Positions 21,980-33,400 of a stretch of 64,000 bases of DNA are shown here, piece by piece (positions within the stretch are counted from its first letter, which is position 1; each line of letters starts with the position of its first letter). Made by a program: the position numbers and the translations under genes. The stretch is from Burkholderiales bacterium (GTDB lineage: Bacteria; Pseudomonadota; Gammaproteobacteria; Burkholderiales; Burkholderiaceae_C): the NCBI GenBank assembly GCA_019509985.1, contig JAEKLF010000037.1, forward strand, positions 8,127-72,126. The letters are read 5' to 3'. Below the pieces are notes generated by a model. It was not told the origin of the DNA, searched no databases, and saw nothing but the letters and a program-made list of their open reading frames with translations.

Positions 21980-22553
21980 GAGGGCTCCTCGATTTCTGCG
22001 TTGGGCGCATTGTCAGCCGCCAGGCGACGACGCCCGCAAGCGCGCCGCACAGGTGAGCGAACGGCGCGACGGGGAAGTCGAAGCCGGGGGTGGGGCGCAG
22101 CGCGGGGCCGAGCGGCGCCTCCAGCGCAAGCTTGATGGCAAGGCCTGCAAGGATGCCGGCGCCGACCAGCCGCTCACGGCCGCCACGCATCAGCAGCGTC
22201 AGTGCGGCGATGGCGACCAGCGCATTCAGCACGCCGGACAGGCCGGCATAGCGCAGCAGGTCGGGGCGCAGCAGCAGGCCGAGCTGGGTGAGCGGCAGTG
22301 CGATCAGGCCGGCGAGGGCTTCACGCGGCCCCAGACCGGCGCGCCAGCCCAACAGGGCGAGCACGATGCTGCCGGCGAGGTTGGCGGCGAGGTGGATGGG
22401 CGTCCAGTGCACGAAGGCAGACGTGACCGCGCGCCAGGGTTGGGCCGCGATCAACGCCGGCTGCCAGTCCAGTGCCTCACGCGGCAGCGGCCAGGCCAGC
22501 AGGGACAGCACCGCGAACGCGGCGCACAGCGTCAGCCAAACACGGCTTGCCAT
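21969..22553 (-). CDS. rrtA: Rhombosortase (rhomboid-family intramembrane protease)
   Basis: QPWRAVTSAFVH...HLAANL, YAGLSGVL (catalytic Ser), AHLCGALAG (catalytic His); about 195 aa. Confidence 0.82.
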   Translation of the reverse strand: MASRVWLTLCAAFAVLSLLAWPLPREALDWQPALIAAQPWRAVTSAFVHWTPIHLAANLAGSIVLALLGWRAGLGPREALAGLIALPLTQLGLLLRPDLLRYAGLSGVLNALVAIAALTLLMRGGRERLVGAGILAGLAIKLALEAPLGPALRPTPGFDFPVAPFAHLCGALAGVVAWRLTMRPTQKSRSPHGT

Positions 22554-25264
22554 AGCGCGCGCACGGCGTCTCGGTGCGCGGCCAGCGGCGCGGCGGCCTC
22601 GGCGGGCAGTGCGGTCGACTGCTCATCCAACCTCGCCTTGTGCTGCACGCGGCGCAGCTCGCGATACGCGTTGGCCGCACCCACGCCAACGCCCGCGGGC
22701 AGCAGCCCAGCCACCTCGGCCCGCTGCAGCAGCGCGATGTTGCCGGCGTTGTCCAGCAGCTCCGGATGCGCGGCGCCATGTGCCAGCACCAGCGTCTGCA
22801 ACGCGAACTCGGCGTCCATCATGCCGCCCTCGCTGTGCTTCACGTCGAAGAGCCCATCACGCACCGGCCTTGCCGAACGCACCTTCTCGCGCATGGCCTT
22901 CACTTCGGTCTTCAACGCGCTGGCATCGCGCGGCGCCGTCAGCACCTGGCGGCGCACGGCCTCGCAGTGTTCGGCCAGGTCGGTGTCACCGGCGCAGAAG
23001 CGCGCCCGCGTGATGGCCTGGTGTTCCCAGGTCCAGGCCGTGTTGCTGCCGCGGCCGGTCTGGTAGGCCTCGAAGTGGGCCAGCGACGTGACCAGCAGCC
23101 CCGAGTTGCCGTTGGGCCGCAGCGCCGTGTCGATGTCGAACAGCTCGCCGGCCGCGGTGCGCAAGGTCAGCCAGGTGATGAGGCGGCGCACGAAGGCGCC
23201 GTAGATCTCGCTGGCGCTGGTGTTCTCGTCCGGGTCCTCGTCGTCGAAGACGAACACCACGTCCAGGTCGCCGCCGTAGCCCAGCTCCTTGCCGCCGAGC
23301 TTGCCGTAGGCGATGACGGCCAGGCGCGGCTGCTCGCGGTGGCGCGGCTTGAAGCGGGCCCAGGCCCATTGGATGGCGATCTGCAGCACGGCGTCGGCCA
23401 GCAGCGACAAGTCGTCGGCCACCTGCTCGACCGTGATGCGGCCCTCGACGTCGCGCACCAGCGTGCGGAAGACCTCGGCGTGGTGGGCGCGGCGCAGCGT
23501 GTCCAGCAGCGCCTCCTCGTCGGCCTCGCCGCTGCGATGCCAGCCCTGCTCGCGGTCCATCAGGTCGGCGATGAAGGCCTCGCGCTCGAAGCGGGCGGTC
23601 AGCAGCAGCGGGTCGGCCAGTTCGTCGATGACGCCCGGGTGCTGCATCAGGTAGCGCATCGGCCAACGCGCCAGGCCCAGCAGGCGCAGCAGGCGCTGCT
23701 GCACGGCCGGGCGCTCGACGAGCAGGGCCAGATAACTCTCGCGGCGCAGCAGCGGGCCGACCCAGTCGACGAAGCGCAGCGCCGCGTCCAGCGAGCATTC
23801 ATCCGCCGCGACGGCCTGGGCCGCGCGCTGGAAGAGCTTGGCCAGGCGCTGGCGCGACTCCTCGCGCAGGCCTTGCACGCGCGGGTTGTCGGCCAGCGCG
23901 CGCACGGCCGCGGCCAGCGGCGCGGGCAGGCCGGCCAGGAATTCCTCGCCATCGACGGCCGGCTTGGGGCCGCCGCATTGGCCACCACGGCAGGTGCCGG
24001 GTGGCTTGCCGCCTTCGTGCAGCAGCGCGTCGAACTCGGTGGCGACCAGCTCGCGCACCTCGCCGAGCTGCTCGAACAGCTCGCAGGCCTCGCGCGAGCA
24101 TTTCAGGCCCAGCGATGCGGCGATCCAGGCCAGGTCGGCATCGGCCTGCGGCAGGCAGTGCGTCTGCTGGTCGTCCAGGAACTGGATGCGGTGCTCGACG
24201 CGGCGCAGGAAGACATAGGCGTCGCTGAGCTTGCGTGCCGTCTCGGCCTTCATCAGCCCGCCGGCGGCCAGCTGCGCCAGCGCCTTGACGGTGGAGCGCG
24301 TGCGGATCTCGGGGAACTGGCCGCCGCGCACCACCTGCAGCAGCTGCACGATGAACTCGATCTCACGGATGCCGCCGCGCGACAGCTTGACGTCGTTGGC
24401 GCGTTCGGGCCGGCCGGCGGCGCGGGCCTTGGCCTCGCTGCGGATCTTGCCGTGCAGCTGCCGCAGGCCCTCGAAGACGCCGTAGTCCAGGTAGCGGCGG
24501 TAGACGAAGGGCGTGACGAGCTGGCGCAGCGCCTGCGTGCGCGGGTCGCCCGGCGCACCCATGCCGGACAGCGGCGCGACGACGCGGCTCTTCAGCCAGG
24601 CAAAGCGCTCCCACTCGCGGCCCTGCACGAGGAAGTACTCCTCCAGCATGGCCAGGCTGACGACCGGCGGGCCGCTCTTGCCGTTGGGGCGCAGCGCCAG
24701 GTCGACGCGGAAGACCTGGCCGTCGTCGGTCACATCACCGATCAACGCGTAGAGCCGCCGTGCCACCGAAGAGAAATATTCGTGAGCGGTCACGGGCTTG
24801 GGCCCGTGCGTGGCGCCGTCGTCCTCGTAGACGTAGATCAGGTCGATGTCCGACGACACGTTCAGCTCGCGCGCGCCCAGCTTGCCCATGCCCAGCACCC
24901 AGAAGGCGATGTCGGCGCCATCGGCGGTGCGCGGCTCGCCGTGTATGGCGTCCAGTTCGGTTCTGGCGGCGGCCAGGGCCAGGTCCAGCGTGACCTCGGC
25001 GAGGTGCGTCATCGCCAGCGTGACATCTGCCACGCTCGCGCCCTGTTCGATGTCCAGCACCGCCAGGCGCTCCAGCACCAGGTGACGGGCCACGCGCAGC
25101 GCGCTGGCCAGCGGCCTGTCCGTGGACAAAGTCGCGATCAGCGCCGCAATGACGCCCCGGTCGGGCAGGCCCGGTTGAAGCAGCGCCAGCTCGGCCGCAT
25201 AACGGCGGCGCACGCGCTGCACATAGCGGCTGTGTTCAGCAACGACGGGAAACGTTTGGCTCAT
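22532..25264 (-). CDS. glnE: Bifunctional glutamine synthetase adenylyltransferase/adenylyl-removing enzyme
   Basis: Two NTase domains: GMGKLGARELNVSSDIDL and AYGKLGGKELGYGGDLD; VKLSRGGIREIEF. Confidence 0.95.
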   Translation of the reverse strand: MSQTFPVVAEHSRYVQRVRRRYAAELALLQPGLPDRGVIAALIATLSTDRPLASALRVARHLVLERLAVLDIEQGASVADVTLAMTHLAEVTLDLALAAARTELDAIHGEPRTADGADIAFWVLGMGKLGARELNVSSDIDLIYVYEDDGATHGPKPVTAHEYFSSVARRLYALIGDVTDDGQVFRVDLALRPNGKSGPPVVSLAMLEEYFLVQGREWERFAWLKSRVVAPLSGMGAPGDPRTQALRQLVTPFVYRRYLDYGVFEGLRQLHGKIRSEAKARAAGRPERANDVKLSRGGIREIEFIVQLLQVVRGGQFPEIRTRSTVKALAQLAAGGLMKAETARKLSDAYVFLRRVEHRIQFLDDQQTHCLPQADADLAWIAASLGLKCSREACELFEQLGEVRELVATEFDALLHEGGKPPGTCRGGQCGGPKPAVDGEEFLAGLPAPLAAAVRALADNPRVQGLREESRQRLAKLFQRAAQAVAADECSLDAALRFVDWVGPLLRRESYLALLVERPAVQQRLLRLLGLARWPMRYLMQHPGVIDELADPLLLTARFEREAFIADLMDREQGWHRSGEADEEALLDTLRRAHHAEVFRTLVRDVEGRITVEQVADDLSLLADAVLQIAIQWAWARFKPRHREQPRLAVIAYGKLGGKELGYGGDLDVVFVFDDEDPDENTSASEIYGAFVRRLITWLTLRTAAGELFDIDTALRPNGNSGLLVTSLAHFEAYQTGRGSNTAWTWEHQAITRARFCAGDTDLAEHCEAVRRQVLTAPRDASALKTEVKAMREKVRSARPVRDGLFDVKHSEGGMMDAEFALQTLVLAHGAAHPELLDNAGNIALLQRAEVAGLLPAGVGVGAANAYRELRRVQHKARLDEQSTALPAEAAAPLAAHRDAVRALWQAVFG

Positions 25265-25301
25265 GACCCTGTGCTAGATTGCCCGCTGGCCGGTTATCCA
25301 C

Positions 25302-28300
25302 GTGCCCCACGACAACGTGTCTGACTTCTTCTCGGCCGCCCTCCACCACTGCACCCGCGCCTCGCGCTGGCCGTTGCGCCTGTGCTGGCACAGCCTGCGT
25401 TGGCTGGTTCTGATCCTGGCCTTGCTGTGGGGCCTGGCCGTGGTGGCTTGGTCGGTTTTGCACTGGGCCATTCTCCCGCACGCCAATGACTGGCGCCCCT
25501 GGCTGGAAAAGGAAGCCTCAAAGGCTTTGGGGGTAGAACTGCGCATTGGTGCACTGAATGTCGAATCCGCGGGCTGGATGCCGCGCCTGGAGCTGACCGA
25601 CGTGCGCGTGCTCGATGGCACCGGCCGCCAGGCCCTTCGCCTGCCGCGCGTGGCCGCCGTGCTGTCGGCCCAGTCCCTGCTGACGCTGGAGCCGCGCTTC
25701 GCCCAGCTGCTGGTGGACACCCCCGAGCTGGAGATCCGCCGCGACGCCCAGGGCCGCATCTTCATCGCCGGCCTGGACGTGGACGCGGCGGACCGCGCCG
25801 AGGCAGGCGGCGCCGCGGACGCCTGGCTGGACTGGGTGTTCAGCCAGTCGGAGCTGGCCGTCGTGCGCGGCCGCATCCGCTGGCTGGACGAGAAGCGCGC
25901 CGACGCCAAGGCGCTTGAGCTGTCCGATGTCAACCTCGTCATCCGCAACGGCCTGCGCGGCCATGCGCTGCGCCTGGACGCGACGCCGCCCGCCGACTGG
26001 GGCCGGCGCTTCACGCTGCGCGGCCGCTTCACGCAGTCGCTGCTGAAGAAGCCCGGCGAGTACCAGCATTGGAGTGGCCAGGCCTATGCCGAGCTGCCGC
26101 TAGCCGACCTCAGCCAGCTGCGCCGTCACGTCGATCTGCCCTTCCAGCTCAGCGAGGGCGATGGTGCCGTGCGCGCCTGGGGCCAGATCAAGGACGGCCA
26201 GCCGGAGTCGGCGACGCTGGACCTGGCGCTGCGCTCCGTGCGCCTGAGGCTGCTGGACAGCGCCCCCGAGCTGGACCTGGACCACATCGAAGGCCGGCTG
26301 GACCTGGCTCGCGCCAAGGACAGGCTCAGCGTGCAGGCCCACCAGCTCGGCTTCGTCAGCGGCGACGGCGTCACCTGGCCACGCTCGGACTGGGGCGTGA
26401 GCCTGCAGCTCGGCAAGGGTGCCAACGGTGCGGAAACGGTGCTCGGCGGCGAGGTCAATGCCCAGCGCCTGGATTTCGCGCTGATGGCCCAGATCGCGCA
26501 GCGCCTGCCGCTGGGCGAGCGTGCCCACGAGCTGCTGGCCGAGCTGGAGCCGCGCGGCGTGCTGACGGCGCTGAGCGGCCAATGGCAGGGCGCGCTGGAC
26601 GCGCCGCGCAGCTACCGCGTCAAGGCCCAGATCGACGGCCTGGCGTTGGCCTCCAAGCCGGCCGAGCAGGAAGGCCACATCGGCCGCCCGGGCCTGCGCG
26701 GCGCCAGCCTGGAGCTGGACGCGAGCGAGCGCGGCGGCGAGGCGCGGCTGGCCGTGCACGAGGGCGAGGTCGAGCTGCCGGGCCTCTTCGACGACCCGGT
26801 CGTGCCCATCACCAAGCTGGGCACGCTGGTCAGCTGGCGCCTGCCCCAGCCTGGCAGCAAGACGCCCGGCGACGTCGAGCTCAAGCTGCGCGACCTGCAG
26901 CTGCAGACGCCCGACCTGACGGGCGACTTCGAGGTCATGTGGAAGCGCCCGGCGGGCGCCACGACGGCGGGCTTCCTGGACCTCAGCGGCCGCGCCCAGC
27001 GCGCCGACGCGACCCGCGTGGCGCGCTACATCCCGTTGAACCTGCCGGCCACGCGCAGCTACCTGCAACGCGCGCTGCTCGGCGGCGAGGCGCGCAACAT
27101 CAGCCTGCGCCTCAAGGGCGAGCTGCATGACTTTCCCTTCGACGCGCCGCGCTCGCCCGGCATCTTCCGCGTCGCGATGCAGGCCCAGGACGTCACGCTG
27201 GCCTATGTACCGCCGAGCGACGTCGGCACCAATTGGCCGGCTTTCGAGGGCGTGGCCGCCGAAGTCATCTTCGAGCGCGGCGGCATGCAGATCAAGGATG
27301 GCCACGCCCAGGTGCTGGGCTACGAGCTCAGCGGCGTCAACGGCGGCATCAAGGACCTGCACCACGGCCGCGTGCTGACGCTGGACGGCGCGGGCCGCGG
27401 CGCCGGCACCGACCTGCTGCGCTTCGTGCGCGCCTCGCCGCTGGACGAATGGCTGGGCCATTCCCTCAGCGCGACGACGGCCCAGGGCCCGGTCGCGCTG
27501 AAGCTGGGCATCGCCATCCCGCTGGACGACACCAACCAGACGACGCTCAAGGGCCAGCTCCAGCTCGGCGGCGTGGACCTGAAGCTGCGCCCCGAGCTGC
27601 CCGCGCTGGCCGGCGTGCGCGGCCGCGTCGACTTCGACCGCAAGGGCCTGCAGCTTGCCGGCATGACGGCGCGCCTGCTCGGTGGCGACGCCGGCATCGA
27701 AGGCGGCAGCCAGCCGGGCGGCGGCCTGCGCTTCGCCGTGCAGGGCCAAGCCACGGCCGACGGCCTGCGCCGGGCCACCGAGCTGGGCGCCGTCACCCGC
27801 CTGGCCCAGGCCGCCAGCGGCCAGGCGGCCTACCGTTTCCAGCTCGCCGTCAGCAGGGATGGCCAGAGCGAGCTCAGCGTGTCCAGCTCTTTGCAGGGCC
27901 TGGCGCTGGACCTGCCGGCGCCGGCCCACAAGGACGCCGAGGCCACCCTGCCGCTACGCCTCTTGATGACGCCGACGGGCACCAGCCGCGACGAGATCCG
28001 CCTCGAGGTCGGCGCGGCCGCATCGCCGCTGCTGCAGGCCCAGCTGCAGCGCGACATCGCCGGCAATGCCTCGCATGTGCTGCGTGGCGCGCTGGCCGTG
28101 CAGGACAAGCTGCCCGCGCTGCCGGCCAGCGGCGTGCTGCTGCAGGTCAATGTCGCCGCGCTGGACCTGGACGCCTGGCAGCAGCGCCTGGGCGCGCTGG
28201 CAGGCGGCGGCGGGGGCGACGAGGCGGGTGATGCCGGCCTGCTGCCCAGCCAGATCGCGCTGCGCAGCCAGGCCCTCAAGGTCGGAGGCCGCCAGCTCGG

Positions 28301-29372
28301 CCGCGTCGCCGCCCAGGTCTCGCGCGAGGGCACGACCTGGCACCTCAATGTCGACGCCGAGCAGCTGGCGGGCCGCATCGAGCTGCGCGGCATCCACGGC
28401 AGCACGGTGGACGCCGTGCAGGCGCGGCTCACGCGGCTGTCGCTGCCACGCTCCGAGGCCGAGTCGGTCAGCGAACTCATCGACCCGGGCAAGGCCGCGG
28501 CCAGCAGCAGCCCGCTGCCGTCGCTGGACATCGAGGTCGACGACTTCGAGCTGCGCGGCAAGCACCTGGGCCGGCTCGAAGTGCAGGCCCAGGCACCGGC
28601 CGCCGCGCGCGACTGGAAGCTGGACAAGCTGATGCTGAAATCGCCCGACGCGACACTGAGCGCGACCGGCCGCTGGGGCGGCGATCCGGCCGGCAGGCGC
28701 CGCACGCAGCTGGACTGGAAGCTCGATATCAGCGATGCGGGCAAGCTGCTGGAGCACCTCGGCCAGGGCCAGGTGCTGCGCGGCGGCAAGGGCGTGCTGG
28801 CCGGCCAGGTCGGCTGGGACGGCTCGCCGCTGGCGCCCCACTACCCCAGCATGGCCGGCGCGCTGAACGTGCAGCTGGACACCGGCACCTTCCTGAAGGC
28901 CGAGCCCGGCGTCGGCCGGTTGCTGGGCGTGCTCAGCCTGCAGTCGCTGCCGCGCCGGCTGCTGCTGGACTTCCGCGACGTCTTCGCCGAGGGCTTCACC
29001 TTCGACGGCGTGACCGGCGACGTCAAGATCGCCGCCGGCGTCGCGCGCAGCGACAACATCCGCATTCGCGGCCTGCAGGCGGCCGTGCTGGTGGACGGTA
29101 GCACCGACCTGGCCGCCGAGACGCAGAACCTGCGCGTCGTCGTCGTGCCCGAGGTCTCGGCCGGCGGCGCGTCGCTGGCCTACGCGGCCATCAACCCGGC
29201 CATCGCGCTGGGTGCCTTCCTGGCGCAGATGATCCTGAGCCGGCCGGTGGCCGCGGCCAATACGCGCGAGTTCCACATCACCGGGACCTGGAACGATCCC
29301 AAGGTCGAGAAGATCGAAGGGCCGGCCGCCAAGGCCGCCGCCGCGGCGAGCGCGGCCAGCGCTGCTCAGTAA
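25302..29372 (+). CDS. yhdP: YhdP-family (AsmA2) envelope protein
   Basis: 1356 aa, N-terminal TM, C-terminal LPRRLLLDFRDVFAEGFTFD and YHITG-like FHITGTWNDP; divergent from glnE; exact start uncertain. Confidence 0.88.
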   Translation: MPHDNVSDFFSAALHHCTRASRWPLRLCWHSLRWLVLILALLWGLAVVAWSVLHWAILPHANDWRPWLEKEASKALGVELRIGALNVESAGWMPRLELTDVRVLDGTGRQALRLPRVAAVLSAQSLLTLEPRFAQLLVDTPELEIRRDAQGRIFIAGLDVDAADRAEAGGAADAWLDWVFSQSELAVVRGRIRWLDEKRADAKALELSDVNLVIRNGLRGHALRLDATPPADWGRRFTLRGRFTQSLLKKPGEYQHWSGQAYAELPLADLSQLRRHVDLPFQLSEGDGAVRAWGQIKDGQPESATLDLALRSVRLRLLDSAPELDLDHIEGRLDLARAKDRLSVQAHQLGFVSGDGVTWPRSDWGVSLQLGKGANGAETVLGGEVNAQRLDFALMAQIAQRLPLGERAHELLAELEPRGVLTALSGQWQGALDAPRSYRVKAQIDGLALASKPAEQEGHIGRPGLRGASLELDASERGGEARLAVHEGEVELPGLFDDPVVPITKLGTLVSWRLPQPGSKTPGDVELKLRDLQLQTPDLTGDFEVMWKRPAGATTAGFLDLSGRAQRADATRVARYIPLNLPATRSYLQRALLGGEARNISLRLKGELHDFPFDAPRSPGIFRVAMQAQDVTLAYVPPSDVGTNWPAFEGVAAEVIFERGGMQIKDGHAQVLGYELSGVNGGIKDLHHGRVLTLDGAGRGAGTDLLRFVRASPLDEWLGHSLSATTAQGPVALKLGIAIPLDDTNQTTLKGQLQLGGVDLKLRPELPALAGVRGRVDFDRKGLQLAGMTARLLGGDAGIEGGSQPGGGLRFAVQGQATADGLRRATELGAVTRLAQAASGQAAYRFQLAVSRDGQSELSVSSSLQGLALDLPAPAHKDAEATLPLRLLMTPTGTSRDEIRLEVGAAASPLLQAQLQRDIAGNASHVLRGALAVQDKLPALPASGVLLQVNVAALDLDAWQQRLGALAGGGGGDEAGDAGLLPSQIALRSQALKVGGRQLGRVAAQVSREGTTWHLNVDAEQLAGRIELRGIHGSTVDAVQARLTRLSLPRSEAESVSELIDPGKAAASSSPLPSLDIEVDDFELRGKHLGRLEVQAQAPAAARDWKLDKLMLKSPDATLSATGRWGGDPAGRRRTQLDWKLDISDAGKLLEHLGQGQVLRGGKGVLAGQVGWDGSPLAPHYPSMAGALNVQLDTGTFLKAEPGVGRLLGVLSLQSLPRRLLLDFRDVFAEGFTFDGVTGDVKIAAGVARSDNIRIRGLQAAVLVDGSTDLAAETQNLRVVVVPEVSAGGASLAYAAINPAIALGAFLAQMILSRPVAAANTREFHITGTWNDPKVEKIEGPAAKAAAAASAASAAQ

Positions 29373-29540
29373 GCGTCAATCTCGACCCGGATCGGCGCGG
29401 TCTCGCGCAGCCAGGCAAGGGCCGCACACCGGCCGACGTGCGGCGCTTCGAGACCGCGGCGTTCGCGCGTCGGTGTCATGGTTGAACGACGCGGCGGACA
29501 TCGAGGGTCGCGTTGCAGCGCTAGCATGAGGACATGAATA

Positions 29541-29609
29541 CCCCCACGCTCACTTCGTTCACTGCCCCCCGAGAGGGCGCTCAGCGCTTTCGGGCGGCCG
29601 GGCGGCGCT
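29541..29609 (-). repeat. Shorter copy of a GC-rich intergenic palindromic repeat
   Basis: Reverse complement reads CGCCGCCCGGCCGCCCGAAAG...CCCTCTCGGGGGGC, similar to the arms of the copies at 35189 and 38091. Confidence 0.5.
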
Positions 29610-29612
29610 GAC

Positions 29613-30413
29613 ATGATGAAGATCGCCGCCGTCCAGATGGTTTCCGGCCCCGACGTGGCCGCCAACCTCGCCACCGCCCGCCGCCTGCTCGAAGACGCCG
29701 CCCGCCAGGGCGCCCGGCTCGCCGCCCTGCCCGAGTACTTCTGCCTGATGGGCATGCAGGACAGCGACAAGCTGGCCCTGGCCGAGGACGACGGCACCGG
29801 CCCCATCCAGGCCATGCTGGCCGCGGCAGCGCGCGAGCTGGGGCTGTGGCTGATCGGCGGCACGCTGCCGGTCAAGTCCACCACCAGCGAGCGCGTGCGC
29901 AACTCGACGCTGGTGTTCTCGCCCGCCGGCGAGCGCGTCGCACGCTACGACAAGATCCACCTGTTCGCCTTCGACAACGGCCGCGAAAGCTACGACGAGG
30001 GCCGCGTGCTGGAGGCCGGCAGCGAGCCGACCCGCTTCGACGCCGACGGCCTCAGCGTCGGCCTGTCGGTCTGCTACGACCTGCGCTTCCCCGAGCTCTA
30101 CCGCGGTTACGCCGGCAGCGACCTGCTGGCCGTGCCGGCCGCCTTCACCTACACGACCGGCCAGGCCCACTGGGAGCTGCTGCTGCGCGCCCGCGCGGTC
30201 GAGAACCAGTGCTACGTCATCGCGCCGGCCCAGGGCGGCAAGCACGAGAACGGCCGGCGCACCTGGGGTCACAGCATGGTCGTCGACCCCTGGGGCCAGG
30301 TGCTGGCCGTGCTGCCCGAGGGCGAGGGCGTCGTGGTAGCCGATGTGGACCCGGCGCGGCTCGCGCAGGTGCGCCAGCAGCTGCCGGCGCTGGGACACAG
30401 ACGCCTGGGTTGA
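29613..30413 (+). CDS. Carbon-nitrogen hydrolase (Nit1/YbeM-like)
   Basis: Catalytic E-K-C: LPEYF, YDKIHLF, VCYDLRFPE; TWGHSMVVDPWG. Confidence 0.92.
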   Translation: MMKIAAVQMVSGPDVAANLATARRLLEDAARQGARLAALPEYFCLMGMQDSDKLALAEDDGTGPIQAMLAAAARELGLWLIGGTLPVKSTTSERVRNSTLVFSPAGERVARYDKIHLFAFDNGRESYDEGRVLEAGSEPTRFDADGLSVGLSVCYDLRFPELYRGYAGSDLLAVPAAFTYTTGQAHWELLLRARAVENQCYVIAPAQGGKHENGRRTWGHSMVVDPWGQVLAVLPEGEGVVVADVDPARLAQVRQQLPALGHRRLG

Positions 30414-30489
30414 CCCTAGGTCGATGACTTCCAGCGCCGCGGGGGGCTGGCTTCTAGACTCGCCCGCTTCAGTCATTCCCAGCACTGCC

Positions 30490-33400
30490 ATGAGATTCAA
30501 ACTCGCAGGCGCCGCATTGGCGCTGGCCCTGGCCTTCCCCGCGTTCCAGGCCCAGGCCGCCACGGCGCCGCTCGGCCCAGTGACCCAGCCGCTGTGGCTG
30601 CGCCAGTCCAGCATCTCCCCCGACGGCCGGCAGGTCGCCTTCACCTTCCAGGGCAATCTTTATCTGGTGCCCACCACTGGCGGCACGGCGCGGCTACTGG
30701 TCGCCAGCGGCCATCACAACTCGGCACCCGTCTGGTCGCCCGACGGCAAGCTGCTGGCCTATGCGGCCAATGTCTACGGCAATGACGATGTCTTCGTGGT
30801 CTCGGCCGACGGCGGCCCGTCGCGGCGGCTGACGGCCCACTCGGCCGGCGAGACGCCCATCGCGTTCACGCCGGACGGCAAGTCGGTGCTGTTCTACGCG
30901 CAGCGGCAGGACACGCGCACCAGCATGGCCTTCCCTTCGCCGGCGCTGGGCGAGCTCTACAAGGTCGGCATCGATGGCGGCCAACGGCCCGAGCAGGTCT
31001 TCAGCGAGCCGGCTCTGGCCGGCCGCTACAACAAGGCTGGCACTCAGCTCGTCTACGAGGACTGGAAGGGCTACGAGAACGCCTCGCGCAAGCATCACAT
31101 TTCGCCGGTGGCGCGCGACATCTGGCTGTGGGACGCCAAGACCGGCCAGCACCGCAAGCTGACGAGCAGCGGCGGCGAGAACCGCAACCCGGTCTGGTCG
31201 GCCGACGAAAAGTCCATCTACTTCCTCAGCGAGAAGAGCGGCTCCTTCAACGTCTGGAAGATGCCGGTGGCCCAGCCCGAGGCGGCACGGCAGATCACGC
31301 AGTTCACGAAGAACCCGGTGCGTTTCCTGTCCACGGCGGCCGACGGCACGCTGTCCTTCGGCTACGAGGGCGAGATCTACACGCTGGCCGGCGACGGCGC
31401 GCAGCCGCGCAAGCTCGCCGTCAGCATCGCGGCCGATGCCCTCGTGCCGGCAGTCGAGAACCTGAAGCTGTCCGAAGGCGCGACCGACATGGCGGTCAGC
31501 CCCGACGGCAGCGAGGTGGCCGTGGTCGTGCGCGGCCAGGTCTTCGTCGCGTCGGCCGAATTCGGCAACACGCGCCGCATCACCGAAGGCCCGGGCCAGA
31601 AGCGCTCGGTCAGCTTCAGCTCCGACGGCCGCAAGCTGCTCTACAGCTGCGAGCAGGACGGCCAGTGGAGCCTGTGCGAGGCCGCCATCCAGGGCGACAA
31701 GAAGGCCGTGCCCAGCTTCTTCAACGCGCCACGCGTGACGACCAGGCTGCTGCTGAAGAACCAGCACCAGAACTCGCAGCCGCGCTACTCGCCGGATGGC
31801 AAGCAGGTCGCCTACCTGAGCGACCGCGCGGCGCTCCATGTGCTGGACATTGCCTCGGGCAAGACCCGCGAGGTGCTGTCGGCCGACTTCAACTACTCCT
31901 ACGAGGACGGCGACCAGTGGTTCGACTGGGCACCCGACGGCAAGAGCCTGATGGTGCAGTTTCTCGACGGCAACCGCTGGGGCCAGGAAGTCGGCGTGGT
32001 ACCGGCCGACGGCAGCGGCAAGCTCGTCAACCTGACCCAGAGCGGCTACGACGACGTCCATCCGCTGTTCGCGCGCCAAGGCCAGATGATGCTCTGGCTC
32101 AGCGACCGCCATGGCCTGCACGGCAACGGCGGCGGCGCACGCAACGATGCGGACGTCTACGGCATGTTCCTGACCCGCGCCGCCTTCGACCGCTTCCACC
32201 TCGACAAGGCCGAGTACGCGCAGCTGAAGCAGCGCGAGGACGACGAGAAGAAGGACCAGGACAAGAAGGACGGGAAAAAAGACGGCGACAAGAAGGACGC
32301 CGACAAGAAGGAGGACAAGAAAGACGACAAGAAGGAAGACGCCAAGAAGGTCGAGGAGCCGGCCAAGCCCGTCGTCATCGAGATGCCCGGCATCGAGAAC
32401 CGCGTCGCGCGCCTGACGCAGGCCTCGGGCGACATCCGCGACTTCGTGCTGACGCCCGATGGCGAGCAGCTCTTCTACGTCGTCAAGGCCGGCGAGGGCT
32501 ACGAGCTCTGGCAGGCGCGCCCGCGCGACAAGGAAGGTCGCCGCGTGGCCGCGCTGCCCGGTGGCCGCGGCGAAGACGTCAGCCTGGTGCTGGACGCCAA
32601 GGGCGCCAATGGCTTCGTCATGGCCGCGGGCCGCGTGCACAAGTTCAAGGTGCCCGGCGACGACGGCAAGGGCGACGTGAAGACGGAGGGCCTGAAGTTC
32701 AGCGCCGAGCTGCGCATCGACCACGCGGCCGAGCGCGCACAGATGTTCGACCACGCCTGGCGCCAGACGCAGGAGAAGCTCTACGTGGCCGACATGGGCG
32801 GCGTGGACTGGGCCTACTACCGCAAGGTCTACGAGCGCCAGCTGCCCTTCGTGGCCGATGGCGTGGACTTCGCCGAGCTGCTCAGCGAGATGCTGGGCGA
32901 GTTGAACGTGTCGCACACCGGCAGCGGCTATCGCCCGGGTCCGCGCGGCGACGCGACGGCCGCGCTCGGCGCCTTCTACGACCCGGCCCACTCGGGCGCC
33001 GGCGTCAAGGTCGGCGAGGTCATCGAGGGCGGCCCGCTGGACACTGCACTCAGCAAACTGAAGGCCGGCATGGTCATCGAGTCCATCGACGGCGAGGCCA
33101 TCGCGGCCGGCGCCGAGTTCGACTCCCTGCTCAACCTCAAGGCCGGCAAGCAGGTCGTGCTGGAGGTGCTGGACCCGGCCACGGGCAAGCGCTTCGAGCA
33201 GACGGCGAAGGCCATCAGCCTCGGCGCCGAGCGCGAGCTGCTCTACAAGCGCTGGGTGCGGCAGGAGCGCGCGCTGGTGGAGAAGCTCTCCGGCGGGCGC
33301 CTGGGCTATGTGCATGTTCGGGGCATGGACGACGCGAGCTTCCGCCAGATCTATGCCGACGCGCTCGGCAGTGCCAGCGGCAAGGAGGCCCTCATCGTCG

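Noticed and set aside
32236-32350. Asp/Lys-rich quasi-repeat (DKKD...) as a tandem repeat or array
   Set aside because: It is a low-complexity linker inside the tricorn protease coding frame
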